A DNA stretch of 64,000 nt from a virus (taxonomy: Duplodnaviria; Caudoviricetes): positions 1 through 64,000 of IMG/VR virus record IMGVR_UViG_3300028533_000484; one strand, written 5' to 3'. This document shows, piece after piece, positions 52,690 through 63,875 of this stretch. The notes below the pieces were generated by a model. That model was not told the origin of the DNA. It ran no database searches and saw nothing but the letters and a program-made list of their open reading frames with translations. The translations under genes and the position numbers were made by a program. The first letter of the stretch is position 1, and each line of letters starts with the position of its first letter.

Positions 52690-53017
52690 CCTCTGGTGCA
52701 TTAGACTCATCATAAATCTCTATTTCTTTTCCTTCCTTTAACCAATCTATCAACTGCAAAGTATTTACAACCTGCCAGTTCCATTCTCCTTTTTCATTTT
52801 TATCTATTGCAACTTTCCACAAATGGTTGTCAGACGATCTTACTTTTCTACCATCATCTAGCTCAATTTCAAAAATATCTCTTTTACCTTGAGGGAATAT
52901 ACCTATTACTTCTGTTTCACCTTCTGTAGGGGATTTTATTTTATCTCCCAATTGAACATCTTTCATTTCGTAATAGGTACCATCTGCTTTCATTATTTTA
53001 GAATACATTGGTTGAGC
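52679..53017 (-). other. Split intein N-part (Ala1, blocks A and B)
   Basis: AQPMYSKI..DG...MKDVQLGD.I..P...V...FPQG....FEI...DGRKV.SS.NHLW. Confidence 0.92.
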
Positions 53018-53788
53018 ATTTCCCAACAAGTGTCCTTCAGTAGACATCATCTTTAACTGAAGATTGTTTCTAAACAACATTCTAGCAGAACCGCGACCTG
53101 CTGTTGAATAAATAATTTTACTACAAGAAGGATCTAGTTTATCTGCGTTAACAACATCGTCACGACGACCAACTTTTTCAAATATTGGACTTTGCTCAAT
53201 AAACTGCTCAAAAGGAGTACCTAACAAGTCCCATACTTTACCTAAACTATAACTGGCTAAAGCTACACAATAACTTGTCATCGCAGAATGCCCCAATAGC
53301 TTAAAAGGTTCTCTCATCAAACAAAAGTGAACCATATCATAGGATACGCACAAGTTGGAAAGCAAGGATTTTCCCCAGCCGATACTGGTTGAAAGAGCTA
53401 AACCTCTTTTAGGATTCAATGGATTTGGATCCATGAATTCGCAAAATGCTTTTTTAACATTAGGCCATAAACCTTCAGCTTGTGCACCTATCCATTCTGG
53501 AGTTAAATATTCTTCGGGAGTTGGAGGTTTTCTTTTATAAGATAATCTCCATCCTTCATTTGCAATTAAATCCTTATAATCGTTGTTTAAATCCGCAGTA
53601 GCTAACCAGTTTAATGCAGCTCTAATATTTCCAATACCAACCGACTCTATTTCAGGTCTTTCTAAAGCTTTTGGATCACCAGCTAAAGCATCAATAAGAA
53701 TATCTGCTAAATTGTCGTCAAATGTTTGGAAATGCATATTCTTATCATTTAACTTTTTTGCTTCTGCTAATCTCAGTGTGTTACTCAT
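52679..53788 (-). CDS. terL: Terminase large subunit, N-terminal ATPase fragment, followed by a 112-aa N-intein
   Basis: Walker A SIGWGKS; LLGN|AQPMYSKI... intein block A; DNHLW block B. Confidence 0.85.
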   Translation of the reverse strand: MSNTLRLAEAKKLNDKNMHFQTFDDNLADILIDALAGDPKALERPEIESVGIGNIRAALNWLATADLNNDYKDLIANEGWRLSYKRKPPTPEEYLTPEWIGAQAEGLWPNVKKAFCEFMDPNPLNPKRGLALSTSIGWGKSLLSNLCVSYDMVHFCLMREPFKLLGHSAMTSYCVALASYSLGKVWDLLGTPFEQFIEQSPIFEKVGRRDDVVNADKLDPSCSKIIYSTAGRGSARMLFRNNLQLKMMSTEGHLLGNAQPMYSKIMKADGTYYEMKDVQLGDKIKSPTEGETEVIGIFPQGKRDIFEIELDDGRKVRSSDNHLWKVAIDKNEKGEWNWQVVNTLQLIDWLKEGKEIEIYDESNAPEVKL

Positions 53789-53831
53789 TATAAAATATTT
53801 AGTTATGTTTTAAGGGTTTGCACAAAGGAAT

Positions 53832-53860
53832 AGCCCTTCAGCTATTGAAGGGCTTTAATT
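53832..53860. terminator. Intrinsic terminator hairpin
   Basis: AGCCCTTCA-GCTAT-TGAAGGGCT. Confidence 0.6.
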
Positions 53861-53875
53861 TGAAAAAAGATGTGT

Positions 53876-54472
53876 TTAACGTCTTCCTGAAGTAGGTCTC
53901 ATAGTTGTTTTTGATTCAAGCATTCTTTTACGTGCAGCAACACGTTTTTTAGCTTCAGCAATTCTTTTTGCACGAGCTACGCGAGCTTTTGCTTCTGAAA
54001 CTCTTTTACGTTGCTCGATTCTTTTTTTAGCTTCAGCAATTCTTTTTGCACGAGCTACGCGAGCTTTTGCTTCTGCAACTCTTTTTGCACGAAGAGCTTT
54101 ACGTTTTGCAGCTTCTTGTAATTCCTCTCCATCTTCATCTGAATCCTTGTCTGCATCTGCATCTTCATCTTCAGATTCATCTAAAGCTTCGTCTTCATCG
54201 AGGTCTTCTTCATCTTCGTCTTCAACGTCATCTTCACTTGCGAAAACTGCATCGATGTCTTCTTTTGATACAACACCGTCAGCTACAGCTGTTTCAACAA
54301 GATCGAGAATTTTACCAGCAAGATCCTCATCAGCTGTATCTTCTACATCTTCTGTAGCATCTGCTTCAATTTCAATCTCGTCTTCATCTTCTCTAAGAGC
54401 TGATTCTCTTAAGTTACGTTTAAGAATTGCTGCTCTACGAGATTTTTCAGAACCGTTTGTTCTTGCTATCAT
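53876..54472 (-). CDS. Prohead core/scaffold-like protein
   Basis: Acidic middle, basic repeated C-terminus, multiple L-x-E-(S/A) sites; lies between capsid and terminase. Confidence 0.55.
   Translation of the reverse strand: MIARTNGSEKSRRAAILKRNLRESALREDEDEIEIEADATEDVEDTADEDLAGKILDLVETAVADGVVSKEDIDAVFASEDDVEDEDEEDLDEDEALDESEDEDADADKDSDEDGEELQEAAKRKALRAKRVAEAKARVARAKRIAEAKKRIEQRKRVSEAKARVARAKRIAEAKKRVAARKRMLESKTTMRPTSGRR
53945..54075 (-). repeat. Two ~53-bp direct repeats encoding EAKARVARAKRIAEAKK
   Basis: TTTTTTAGCTTCAGCAATTCTTTTTGCACGAGCTACGCGAGCTTTTGCTTCTG occurs twice, 78 bp apart. Confidence 0.85.
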
Positions 54473-56882
54473 ATAATTATCTCCTATAGGAGCTTTCCAT
54501 TACAGAAAGCTTTTCTTACCCCTAAATTAGTGTAAAAGAAAAAATGTTAAAGTGTAAAACCTTTCGTAGATACTGCTGTCGTACCTAGTATATAGTAGAT
54601 TGTAAACTTTCTCAAAGTTTCTTCTTTTCTATAGATTTTCTTACACTCAGTCTGCATAAATTGTCCAAGAGTTATTTTATCTGAATACTTACACTGTTCA
54701 GAATTTATTCCATAAACAACATCTTTGTACTGAGCAAATCTTGTAGATTTGTTTAAAACAACAATGTTTCTTTCCCAGCTCTTTATGTTGTATCTAAATG
54801 CTCTGGATAATGCTTCATCCAAGTCTGCCAGATCTAAATTGCGAATCTTGTAAATGTGAAAATATTGTTCAGCTCGGTTTAAATCCTTGAGCATTTTATT
54901 TGGATTTTTCAGAAACAGAGCTTCTGAGTAACTAAAAGATGTTTGTTGTAAAAAGTTTTGTCTTGGAATTAAAATTATTCTAGCTTCTGTAAACATATTT
55001 TGATACTTCTTTTGTAATAGTTCCAGTTTTTTGCAATTAATTACATTTTCAAACACTTTTTCTGAAACAACAGTCGTTAAGTAATTCAAATACTTAATTT
55101 CTCTTTCATCAGCTGTCGAAATATTTGTAAAAATTTCTGTCATTTTTTATTCCTTTTTTGAAAGGTAGCTTTGATAAAAAACTATATTATAGATATAATA
55201 TAGTTAAGGTTACTAATTAATTATTACAAAGAGGTATAAAATGAATTCAACAAAATACGTAGCAGATTATGACACACATGGTATTGTTAAGATTGAAGAA
55301 ATCATAGAAAACAAATACTTAGAGGAAGCAAAAGCTTATAGAGATCTTTTTAAGGAACTTACACTTAGTGGTAATGTTACAAGATCAAATAGATCTGAAG
55401 AAGATCTTCAAAAGGATGTAGAAGCTACAGAACTTTTAAAAGAGTTGTCTACTGGTTTAAATCATCCTCTTGCTTGGGGATTTATGCTTTACAATGAAGC
55501 TTCTATTACAAAGATTTATTGGACACAACGTGTTGGTAAACTTCGACAAGATAAAAGAGAATTCTTCAATAAAGATAAGTATTTAGAATGGCTTACAGAG
55601 ATACACGCAGTACTTATCAAAGGCCATACAAAATACACAGATCCATTGTACTACTATAAACTGGGTAAAAAGTCAAGAGCAGGTGAAGTTGTTGGAGATT
55701 ACGATGTTATGAATAGTTTCCGTACACACTGGAATATGTACTTCCTTCCAATCTTAGCAATGTATCTATATGCGGAAGATCAAAAGTACAACGATTACGG
55801 TATCAGTATTGATGCTGCTCTTGAGAACGAGAATGGTGCTGGAAATCACTTAGAAGCAGAACTTGCAAGACATGTAAAATCTTACACTGCTGAAGATCAA
55901 GCATCATTTATTGCAATTGAGAATTTCTTAAGATCTTTTACAAAAGCTCCTTTAAATCAGCCAATTCCATTAAATACTGGTGCTAAAGCAGCTGGTGTAA
56001 CTTATCGAGAAATTATGCTTTCAATTGTTGATGGAACTTGGACATCAGGAAAAGCTGCTTACGAAAAGTTCTTAATTGGACCAAGTATTCAAGCAAAGGT
56101 ACTTCAAAAAATTAAGTTTGAAATGGGTAAACACGGTTTCAGTCTTGAAGAATTCGGAAGATATCTAGAAGATTATCGTACGACAGCAATTGATATCTTA
56201 AACGGTATCGATGCATCGTTTAGCTTTGAAGATGCTTAAAGTAAAAAGTTAAAAATAGAGAGCTAAAAAAGTTAAAATTTAAAAAATTGATTTAGGCTAC
56301 TGGCAACAGTAGCCTTCCCTTTACTATATTTCTGTTTAAGGAGTAATCTATGGAAACAAACAAAGATGTAGTGGATCTTTCAGAAGATAAAAAGAAAGAA
56401 GTTGAAGCTAAGCTACAGGAAGCTATAAAAAATTGGGAGGATGTAGAAAAGTTTAAGCTTGAAAGTTTTAATAAGCTTCAAAAACTTTACGAAACTGCTA
56501 GTCCAGATCTTATAGAGAAAGTGAATAAGAAGTTCCTAGAGGCTGTAGCTGCAACAGGTAGCACATTTAAAGAAATTGGAAAAGAGTTTTTTGAAAGAAT
56601 GAATGAGGCTTTCAAAGATGTTTTCAAACAGATTCCTACAGATAGAGTACTTGATGCAAGAACTCGTAATTTGTATACAGCTATTGCACTTTCACTTTTT
56701 GGCGATATTGAAGACTTTATGAAAACAGATGAAACTAGAGAACAAGCTTTAATGCATGTTAATTTCATCAATGCTGCTTTTAGAGCAAAAGGTATTCGTT
56801 ATAATGGATGTAAAGCACAGTGGGATGCAGAAGATAAAGCCCTCAAAGAAATGAAACAATCCTTATCGTAACTAGATAAAGT

Positions 56883-57437
56883 ATGACAGAAGTTTCATTT
56901 AGAAAGTTGTCTAGAGAGATTGCGGAAACAACAGCTTTGCCAAATCTACCTAGACTTCCCAACCCGATAAAAGACATAAAAAGAGCAATTGAGACAATTA
57001 CAGACTTACCTTCTGTTGCAACATATACTCCAGTAACTACAAAATGCGGTTTAGGTAAAACTCAAGGAACAAAAGGTCAAGCTAGAGGAATGGAGTTTGA
57101 TTCATATTGGGAATTTGCTTGGTACATATACCAAGTGGATATTCTTGGGAACGTAGTTATTAGAAATACGACCGATAGTTTTACATATACAAACGAAAAT
57201 AATGAAAATGCTAGATTTTATCCTGACTTCAAGATGCAAGGACAGTATCACGAAATAAAAGGTATTTTCAGAACTAACGATATTTTAAAACAAGATGCAA
57301 CTTTAGGTTTAGTAACATTCTGGGGACCAAACGAAATGAAACCTATAATGAAAGAGGTTTATGAGAAGTTTCCAGACTGGAAAAACGAATATGTGGAGAT
57401 GTCTCACGCAACAAAATATGGAAAAACCAAACTATAA
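56883..57437 (+). CDS. PD-(D/E)xK endonuclease (TnsA/gp4-like)
   Basis: FDSYWE...FYPDF...EIKG. Confidence 0.6.
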   Translation: MTEVSFRKLSREIAETTALPNLPRLPNPIKDIKRAIETITDLPSVATYTPVTTKCGLGKTQGTKGQARGMEFDSYWEFAWYIYQVDILGNVVIRNTTDSFTYTNENNENARFYPDFKMQGQYHEIKGIFRTNDILKQDATLGLVTFWGPNEMKPIMKEVYEKFPDWKNEYVEMSHATKYGKTKL

Positions 57438-58849
57438 TCTAATTTTAGAAAAAAACAAAGGAGTCTAAATGATCGAAGATGTTCGTTGTAGAATTTACAA
57501 CAAAGATTTGAATTTTGATCTTACTATTCCTGACTTTTCGTCAGATGTATTAGCAAGACTATATAAAGAAGAAACAGCTTTGTCACTTCCGAATATGAGA
57601 ATTGTCCTTCCAGACAACTATGTAAATTGGCTTTTAGAGAGTGACAAGTTCGGTCCAGTACTTGAGGAAGTAGCTACATTTATTGGAATTTCAACAGAGA
57701 GGTTTGCACAAATCTTTCTACTGTACGTAATGGGAGCAAATCCAAAAGCTACAAATACTTTCTTACATCCAGAAGTAACAAAAAATAAAAAACATTTCTT
57801 AGAAGCTTTTACAGAGTTTAACAAAGCTTATATGGTTGAACCGGATAAGATTAAAAATACGATTTCGCCAGATATTATGCTTTGTGCAATTTGTTACACC
57901 TTAATGCACAAATATAGAAAATATGAGTTTGAAATTCCGGCAAATATTCTTCCTTACATGCTCACCATTCTAAACAGTGAAGAGGATCTTGAACAATATC
58001 AACCAGATGTTGAGGCTGGAGAAGGAGTATTTAGTCCTTACTAGAATAAACAACTTCCATTGCACAAACAGTAGGTATCGTTGATACCTGCAAAAACTTA
58101 TATCACTTTTACACACTTAGGAGAAAAGGTAATGGGAAAAGTAGAAACTATTAAAGAAAGGGTAGAATGGTTCTCTAATGCAAAGGATAAGACCTGCAGA
58201 GGAGTATTTAAGCAAGATGTCGGCATCAATTTCGTTCTTGACGAAATTAAAAATGCACCTATAGAGTTCGCTAGCTTAGACTCAAGAACTAATCCAAATG
58301 TTTATGCTGAGGATTATTTGGTAATCGAAACAGCAGTAACGTTAGATGAAACTGCATTAGAAAAGATTCCTTTCAGATTGTTAGATCAATCAAAATCACC
58401 AGATAACCCTGGTTACAAGATTTATAAGTTCCAGGTAGAAGAACCTTCAGAACAATTATTGTAAAGAAGTAGAAAGCCCAATAACTAAAACACTGCAATT
58501 TTGTGTTGCAGTGTTTCCTTTCTAATCATAGATATTAAAGATTATACATCCGAACTAAATTAGAATATGAATAAAATTGCAACAAATAGCGAAACCTATA
58601 CTTTGCTAATTTCGAAGTATATGAATAATTTCATCAATGATATTTCTGAAAACAAGGAAAAGGTCCTAAAGAAGCTTGAAGAGTTTCCTGGAAAGAGTCA
58701 TACACTTATTAAAAAAGCTATACTTGAAGGCCCAGATTCTTTACCTACTGATGATACAACTATCTGTAGAGATGTTTTTAATTTTATTGAGTTTTATTCG
58801 ACCGGAAAATACTCGGATAATATCGAAGTTCAGTTTGTAGGAAAAGAAA

Positions 58850-60643
58850 ATGCTAAAGAGTAATCACTACAACCTTTATACAGGTATTGGAGAAAAGTTA
58901 AAGCTTTATAAAGAAAAGGTTTATAGACTCAGACCAAATGTTCAAAACGAATTTGTAGATGAGAAATATAATTGCATTGCAAAAAGACTTACTGTTCCTT
59001 TAGAGCAAGATGCAGTTTACAAAACACAATTCTTTAACGAAATGTTAGCTTGTGCTTTGCAACCTTTGAATAATGATACTCAATTCATACTTTATAATGT
59101 GGACGGCAAGATAGAAAATCCTTATAAATACTTACCAACATTGTCCGAGGATTATGCATCGATTATATGTCAAATTGAACCTGAAAAACCTTTTACAGAA
59201 ATTTCTATAGTTATATATTGTGGACCAGATATTAATAAAATTCTTCTATCTGATGGATCTGTTACAATGGACGCTGATTATGTACCTACAAAAGATACAG
59301 ATGTCATTACAAAAGAGTATGCGGATCGTCTTATAGAAAACTTTACAGCTTTTAGTTATCCACTGAAGCATTTTACAATTAAGCAAGGAAATGTAGGACC
59401 TATTGGAGCATATTGCTTTCTTGACAACAGTTTTTACGACAAAGTTCTTTTTATTAGAAATCACAATACAATGAAAAGAATGGATGATTGTGAAATTACT
59501 ACAGATAGTTTTGCTCTTCCGAATACATTTACAAAAAGTGTACAGATTGGCTTAGTTGTAGATGGAACAACTACACATACTGCTCGCATTTCTGAAATAT
59601 TAGATGGTACAGATCCAAATTGGACGCTTATGAATACCGACAACGTATATACAGGTACTGTAGATCAAATCTATTGGAGAAATGCTTATAGTCTTAGATT
59701 CAATCTAGAAAGTTTTCTTTCAAAATACAGTGCTTCTAAACCTTATATGAACATTGGTATAAAGGTTTGGGATGAGGAAGGTCATACAAGATACAGTGAT
59801 ATAGATGTATACGGTATTGATGAGTACATTGAGTCAGCTAAATCTCTAGCTAAAATTGAGTTTATTAATGAAAACTTTACAAAGTTTAAATCAAAGTTTG
59901 TATCTGGTGAAGGTTATTTTGAGAATGACCTTGATAAAGTTTACGAACTTCCAATAACACTTACAATTGAAAATAATTTTTTACAATTCTTTAGATTAAA
60001 AAATAACTTAAAGCTTTCTGTAGAAAACGATGCAGGAGAAGAAACTTTTGCTTGCGATCTTCCAATAATTTCACATCAACCTGTTGCAGGAACATTTAGG
60101 ATAAACACGAAAATTGAGTTTACACTTGCCAGTAAAACAATTCATCTAAGAGCATATAATGTAAAAAACGAGCTTATGTATGATGAAACTCTTACATTAA
60201 ATGTTGTTCCAGATAACAGTGATGAATCAAATAGAGTTACAACTCCAGCCTCATCAGAAACATATCCATCTTCTGATTACGGTAATCCTTGGGATTCGAA
60301 GGCTCCTTTACAGACTTGGGATATGAAGCTTAAGGAAGGAGAATATACTTCAAATACTTTGCAGTCTGCAGTTTGCTTTGTAACAAAACCAAAGGACTGT
60401 TATAGTCATATCAACATTGATATTGATCATGATGGAGATATGTACATTCTATCAGAAGGTAATACAGGTTGGTTGAGTTGTCAAAAAGCAGCAGATGCTT
60501 TTAAAATTCCTACGAACAATGGTCATGGATGCAAATTAAACGAAGGTTACTTTACATTTGGTAAAGTTAATTATAAAAGTAATGTGTTTATTCGTATAAT
60601 AGGAGCTACGAAAGTGGTCTTTAAATCCGCAATTTTAGGTTAG
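58850..60643 (+). CDS. Putative virion structural (tail-associated) protein
   Basis: YVPTKDTDVITKEYAD tail-fibre-like motif; beta-rich; operon preceded by ACTAAAT. Confidence 0.4.
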   Translation: MLKSNHYNLYTGIGEKLKLYKEKVYRLRPNVQNEFVDEKYNCIAKRLTVPLEQDAVYKTQFFNEMLACALQPLNNDTQFILYNVDGKIENPYKYLPTLSEDYASIICQIEPEKPFTEISIVIYCGPDINKILLSDGSVTMDADYVPTKDTDVITKEYADRLIENFTAFSYPLKHFTIKQGNVGPIGAYCFLDNSFYDKVLFIRNHNTMKRMDDCEITTDSFALPNTFTKSVQIGLVVDGTTTHTARISEILDGTDPNWTLMNTDNVYTGTVDQIYWRNAYSLRFNLESFLSKYSASKPYMNIGIKVWDEEGHTRYSDIDVYGIDEYIESAKSLAKIEFINENFTKFKSKFVSGEGYFENDLDKVYELPITLTIENNFLQFFRLKNNLKLSVENDAGEETFACDLPIISHQPVAGTFRINTKIEFTLASKTIHLRAYNVKNELMYDETLTLNVVPDNSDESNRVTTPASSETYPSSDYGNPWDSKAPLQTWDMKLKEGEYTSNTLQSAVCFVTKPKDCYSHINIDIDHDGDMYILSEGNTGWLSCQKAADAFKIPTNNGHGCKLNEGYFTFGKVNYKSNVFIRIIGATKVVFKSAILG

Positions 60644-60733
60644 ATTAAAAAAGCTTCTGAAATATACTCAGAAGCTTTCTCTTTGTTTAGATTAGAATTA
60701 CCAATTCTGAATTTTTACTCTTTAGACAAAAAT

Positions 60734-60762
60734 AAAAGGTTGCTCTTTCGAGCAACCTTTTT
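60734..60762. terminator. Bidirectional terminator after the capsid gene
   Basis: AAAAGGTTGCTC-TTTC-GAGCAACCTTTT. Confidence 0.8.
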
Positions 60763-60788
60763 ATTTAATGCTTTACAAAAGCTCTAGA

Positions 60789-62531
60789 TTAGAATCCAGC
60801 TGTTGCTTTGTATGCATCTTCCTTGATACGATCTTTCAAGTGGTTGATAACAATGCGGCTTAAGTATTTTGGATTCAAGAGTGCTTTGTCTCCAAATGTT
60901 GCTAAACCTGCACGTGTGTTGAATGTTGGGTATTCCAACTTGTTGCTTACGAATGGAACTAATGTACCAAATACTACTGCAACGTCGTTTTCAACTTTTG
61001 TATTCTTGAATACGCACAATACTTCGTTATCTGGGATAACTTCGATTGGAGCTTTGAATACTTCGATACCGTCTAATTCACCAATTTTGTAAACACCTGT
61101 TGGATCTTGAATACCTTTTGGTGTGAAACCAGCCATAAGTTTCAAGTAAGGTGCTACAGATACACCAATTACCAATTTGTTGATTGCACCACGGTGAATA
61201 TCACTGTAAAGTGCAGCACCAGCTAATTCAATAGCACTTGGGAATGTGTTAGCGATATCTACATAAGAATCTTTTGTAGCAGCTGAACCAGATGGAACAT
61301 CTCCTGTAGCATAAGCTGCATCGAATTCTACTGTGTAGAATGCTGGGTTTGTACAAGCGATTGCATAAGCATCTTTGAATGCTTGTAAGTCGATTTGACC
61401 GTGAATAACCTCAGCTGCAGCAGAAAGAAGAAGATCATCTACTTGAGTATTGAATGTTGAGTCAAGAGTGATTTCTGCAAGTTTTGTCCAAGAAACACCT
61501 ACAGATGTTCTACGTGGTCTTAATTCGTATACACTCATATACAAGTTAACTTCACCAAGATTTTTACCTGTGTAATCTGTTTCTGATTCGAAACGACCGT
61601 AAGCATTTACACTTGTAGGTACTTCTGCACCTTCTGGTAATGTGATAACTGTTTTAACTGTTCCGTCTTTTGAAGCACGTGGTTCATCTTTAGCAGTTGC
61701 ACCTGCGAATTTTTGTCCAATGTAGTAGCTGAAATCGCTTGGATCTTGGAATGCAATTACATTTCTTTCATCTGTTCCAACATAGATTTTTGTTGAACCT
61801 GGAACATAGAATTCACCGTTTTCACCGAAAGGACCACCTTTCCATTCAACTGTGATTGTGTTACCTTCGATTTTAACGTTTGCTGTATTAGCAAGTTCGT
61901 TAGCGAAACGAGATTCTTTTGATTCATAAATTGATTTGCGAGCATTTGTGTTTACTGCACCGTTAGCTGCACGAGCTTTTCCACCATAAGCTGGATTTAA
62001 ACCATTGTAACCACCAATTTCTCTTTCAGCTGAAACTGTATTAGCATCAAATCCATATGGATCCTGATCAGATTTTGCTGCATCGAAGCTCATTGATCTT
62101 TCAGCAAAGTTACCTGCATCTGCTGCAGCTGATTTGCTAAAATATGGTTTGATGTAGTAGATAGCATCGCGTGCTGTTTCCATTGCATATTCGCTGAATA
62201 CGTTACCACGGTTCAAGTTTGTCATTGTCATTTGAACCAATTTCATAACGTTAGCTGGAGCCATTCTTTGGAATTCAGCTGATGTTTCTTGCTCGTTCAA
62301 TTGTTTCATGAAACGTGCTTGGTTTGTCAAGTTAATAGCTTGATTTTGGCGTACTTTTGCTTCATTTAAAGCTGATAATTCACCTTTGAATAATGGGTGA
62401 TTGTCCCAAATTTGAGCAGCTTTTTCAGCACGAGCTGCTTTTTCTGAAAGTCTTTTTTTAGCTTCAGTTTTAAGAATTACTTTTTCCTGAAGAGGTGCTT
62501 TCATTTTTTTAGATTGTAACATTATCTTCAT
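60789..62531 (-). CDS. Major capsid protein (T4 gp23-like, HK97 fold) with N-terminal propeptide
   Basis: 580 aa; strong codon bias; R...VSWT.LAE......NTQVDDLLLSAAAEVI..QID spine-helix pattern; YKIGELDG. Confidence 0.8.
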   Translation of the reverse strand: MKIMLQSKKMKAPLQEKVILKTEAKKRLSEKAARAEKAAQIWDNHPLFKGELSALNEAKVRQNQAINLTNQARFMKQLNEQETSAEFQRMAPANVMKLVQMTMTNLNRGNVFSEYAMETARDAIYYIKPYFSKSAAADAGNFAERSMSFDAAKSDQDPYGFDANTVSAEREIGGYNGLNPAYGGKARAANGAVNTNARKSIYESKESRFANELANTANVKIEGNTITVEWKGGPFGENGEFYVPGSTKIYVGTDERNVIAFQDPSDFSYYIGQKFAGATAKDEPRASKDGTVKTVITLPEGAEVPTSVNAYGRFESETDYTGKNLGEVNLYMSVYELRPRRTSVGVSWTKLAEITLDSTFNTQVDDLLLSAAAEVIHGQIDLQAFKDAYAIACTNPAFYTVEFDAAYATGDVPSGSAATKDSYVDIANTFPSAIELAGAALYSDIHRGAINKLVIGVSVAPYLKLMAGFTPKGIQDPTGVYKIGELDGIEVFKAPIEVIPDNEVLCVFKNTKVENDVAVVFGTLVPFVSNKLEYPTFNTRAGLATFGDKALLNPKYLSRIVINHLKDRIKEDAYKATAGF

Positions 62532-63095
62532 CTCCTATAAAGTTTAAACTTTCTACAACAGAATTAAAAATAACTTATCGAAAAATCTTATTCAAAAGAT
62601 AAAAAAAGTTTAATTTTTAATGAACCAGTAAACATGTTTTTGAAGGTTTTTCATACAGAAAAACAAACAATGCTTTCCAGTCTCTAAAAGAAAGTCGATA
62701 TAACAATTAGTGAAAAAAATAAAAAGCTTTTTAAAAACTAACTAAAAACATGAAGTTTATAATAGAAAAATCAACTGAACCTTTTAGATTTAAAGAAACA
62801 TGGAACTATACAGTCGAATATGATGAACGTTTTAACAAATATGGCTTACTTCTAGATGGATGTTTGTTTACATTTTTAACAGAAGATCAAGCTACTCTCC
62901 TCAAACAAACTATTACAGAACCTAAATTTGAAGAATTTTTCAATTCTGTAGGTATTGGGGATAGAAATTTAAATATGCAACCAAAAGCTGCTTGTTCTGA
63001 TGACTATTTCAGGCCAACTGGTGAAATAGAATTTTAAAACTTTTTCGAAAGTAAGTGTACCTTAACACCTATAATATTGTTAGAGGTACACAAGT

Positions 63096-63875
63096 ATGTC
63101 AAAGATTTTAGTTAATTTACCACAACAGACTTATATTTTAAGAAATTGTTATGTTTTAGGTGCAAAAGACACGCCTTGCTTTTGCGATGAGTGCGGAACA
63201 GCAATCAAAAATGTTTGCGTTGTTCAGGGAACAGCAACTGGTGAATATTTTAATCTTGGCACAACTTGTGTTGAAAAACATAGCAAAGAAGATGAAAACT
63301 TTTTAACAACAGCTTCTCAAGCTAGATTAAAGACAACTAAAAAAGCTATTTCCAAAATAAACAAATTCATTAAACTTTATAAAGAAGTTTCATCAAATCC
63401 AGATGTAGTCGGAAAATTCTTATCAATACATACAGAGAAAAAGCATACAAGTAAGGGTTTTGTTACTCATGCAAAAGTAACACTTTTCTGGCTTTATGAT
63501 CCTGAATCACAAATTGGCCGTTCAAATGAAAATTGGTATCTCGGTACAAAATCTGGCTTTGCCTGGGATTCATCTAGACATGTAAAAGATGATATTGAAC
63601 TCGATCTTGGCTGGATTGATGTATCGAAAAACTCAGAATTAAGAGAAATCTTCTCAAATACAGAGTGGGAGTATCCAGTAACAGATGATTTTTCAAACGA
63701 TGCACTTGTTGCTGCTGAAAAAGCTGGATATCAGGACCCAGAATTCGGAAAAGAATGGAGCAATAATCATTTCGATTGGTACTTGAGACAACGTTATTCA
63801 AAATGGTATGCTGATGAGCACAAGATCTGCAATGAAATTGCACAACTAAAAAAGGAACATGGAATTACTTGGTAG
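63096..63875 (+). CDS. Hypothetical protein with N-terminal zinc finger
   Basis: CDECG..IK......GTTC. Confidence 0.4.
   Translation: MSKILVNLPQQTYILRNCYVLGAKDTPCFCDECGTAIKNVCVVQGTATGEYFNLGTTCVEKHSKEDENFLTTASQARLKTTKKAISKINKFIKLYKEVSSNPDVVGKFLSIHTEKKHTSKGFVTHAKVTLFWLYDPESQIGRSNENWYLGTKSGFAWDSSRHVKDDIELDLGWIDVSKNSELREIFSNTEWEYPVTDDFSNDALVAAEKAGYQDPEFGKEWSNNHFDWYLRQRYSKWYADEHKICNEIAQLKKEHGITW

Noticed and set aside
54046-54476. Plus-strand low-complexity ORFs (His/Leu-rich and Ser-rich)
   Set aside because: Antisense shadows of the acidic scaffold gene.
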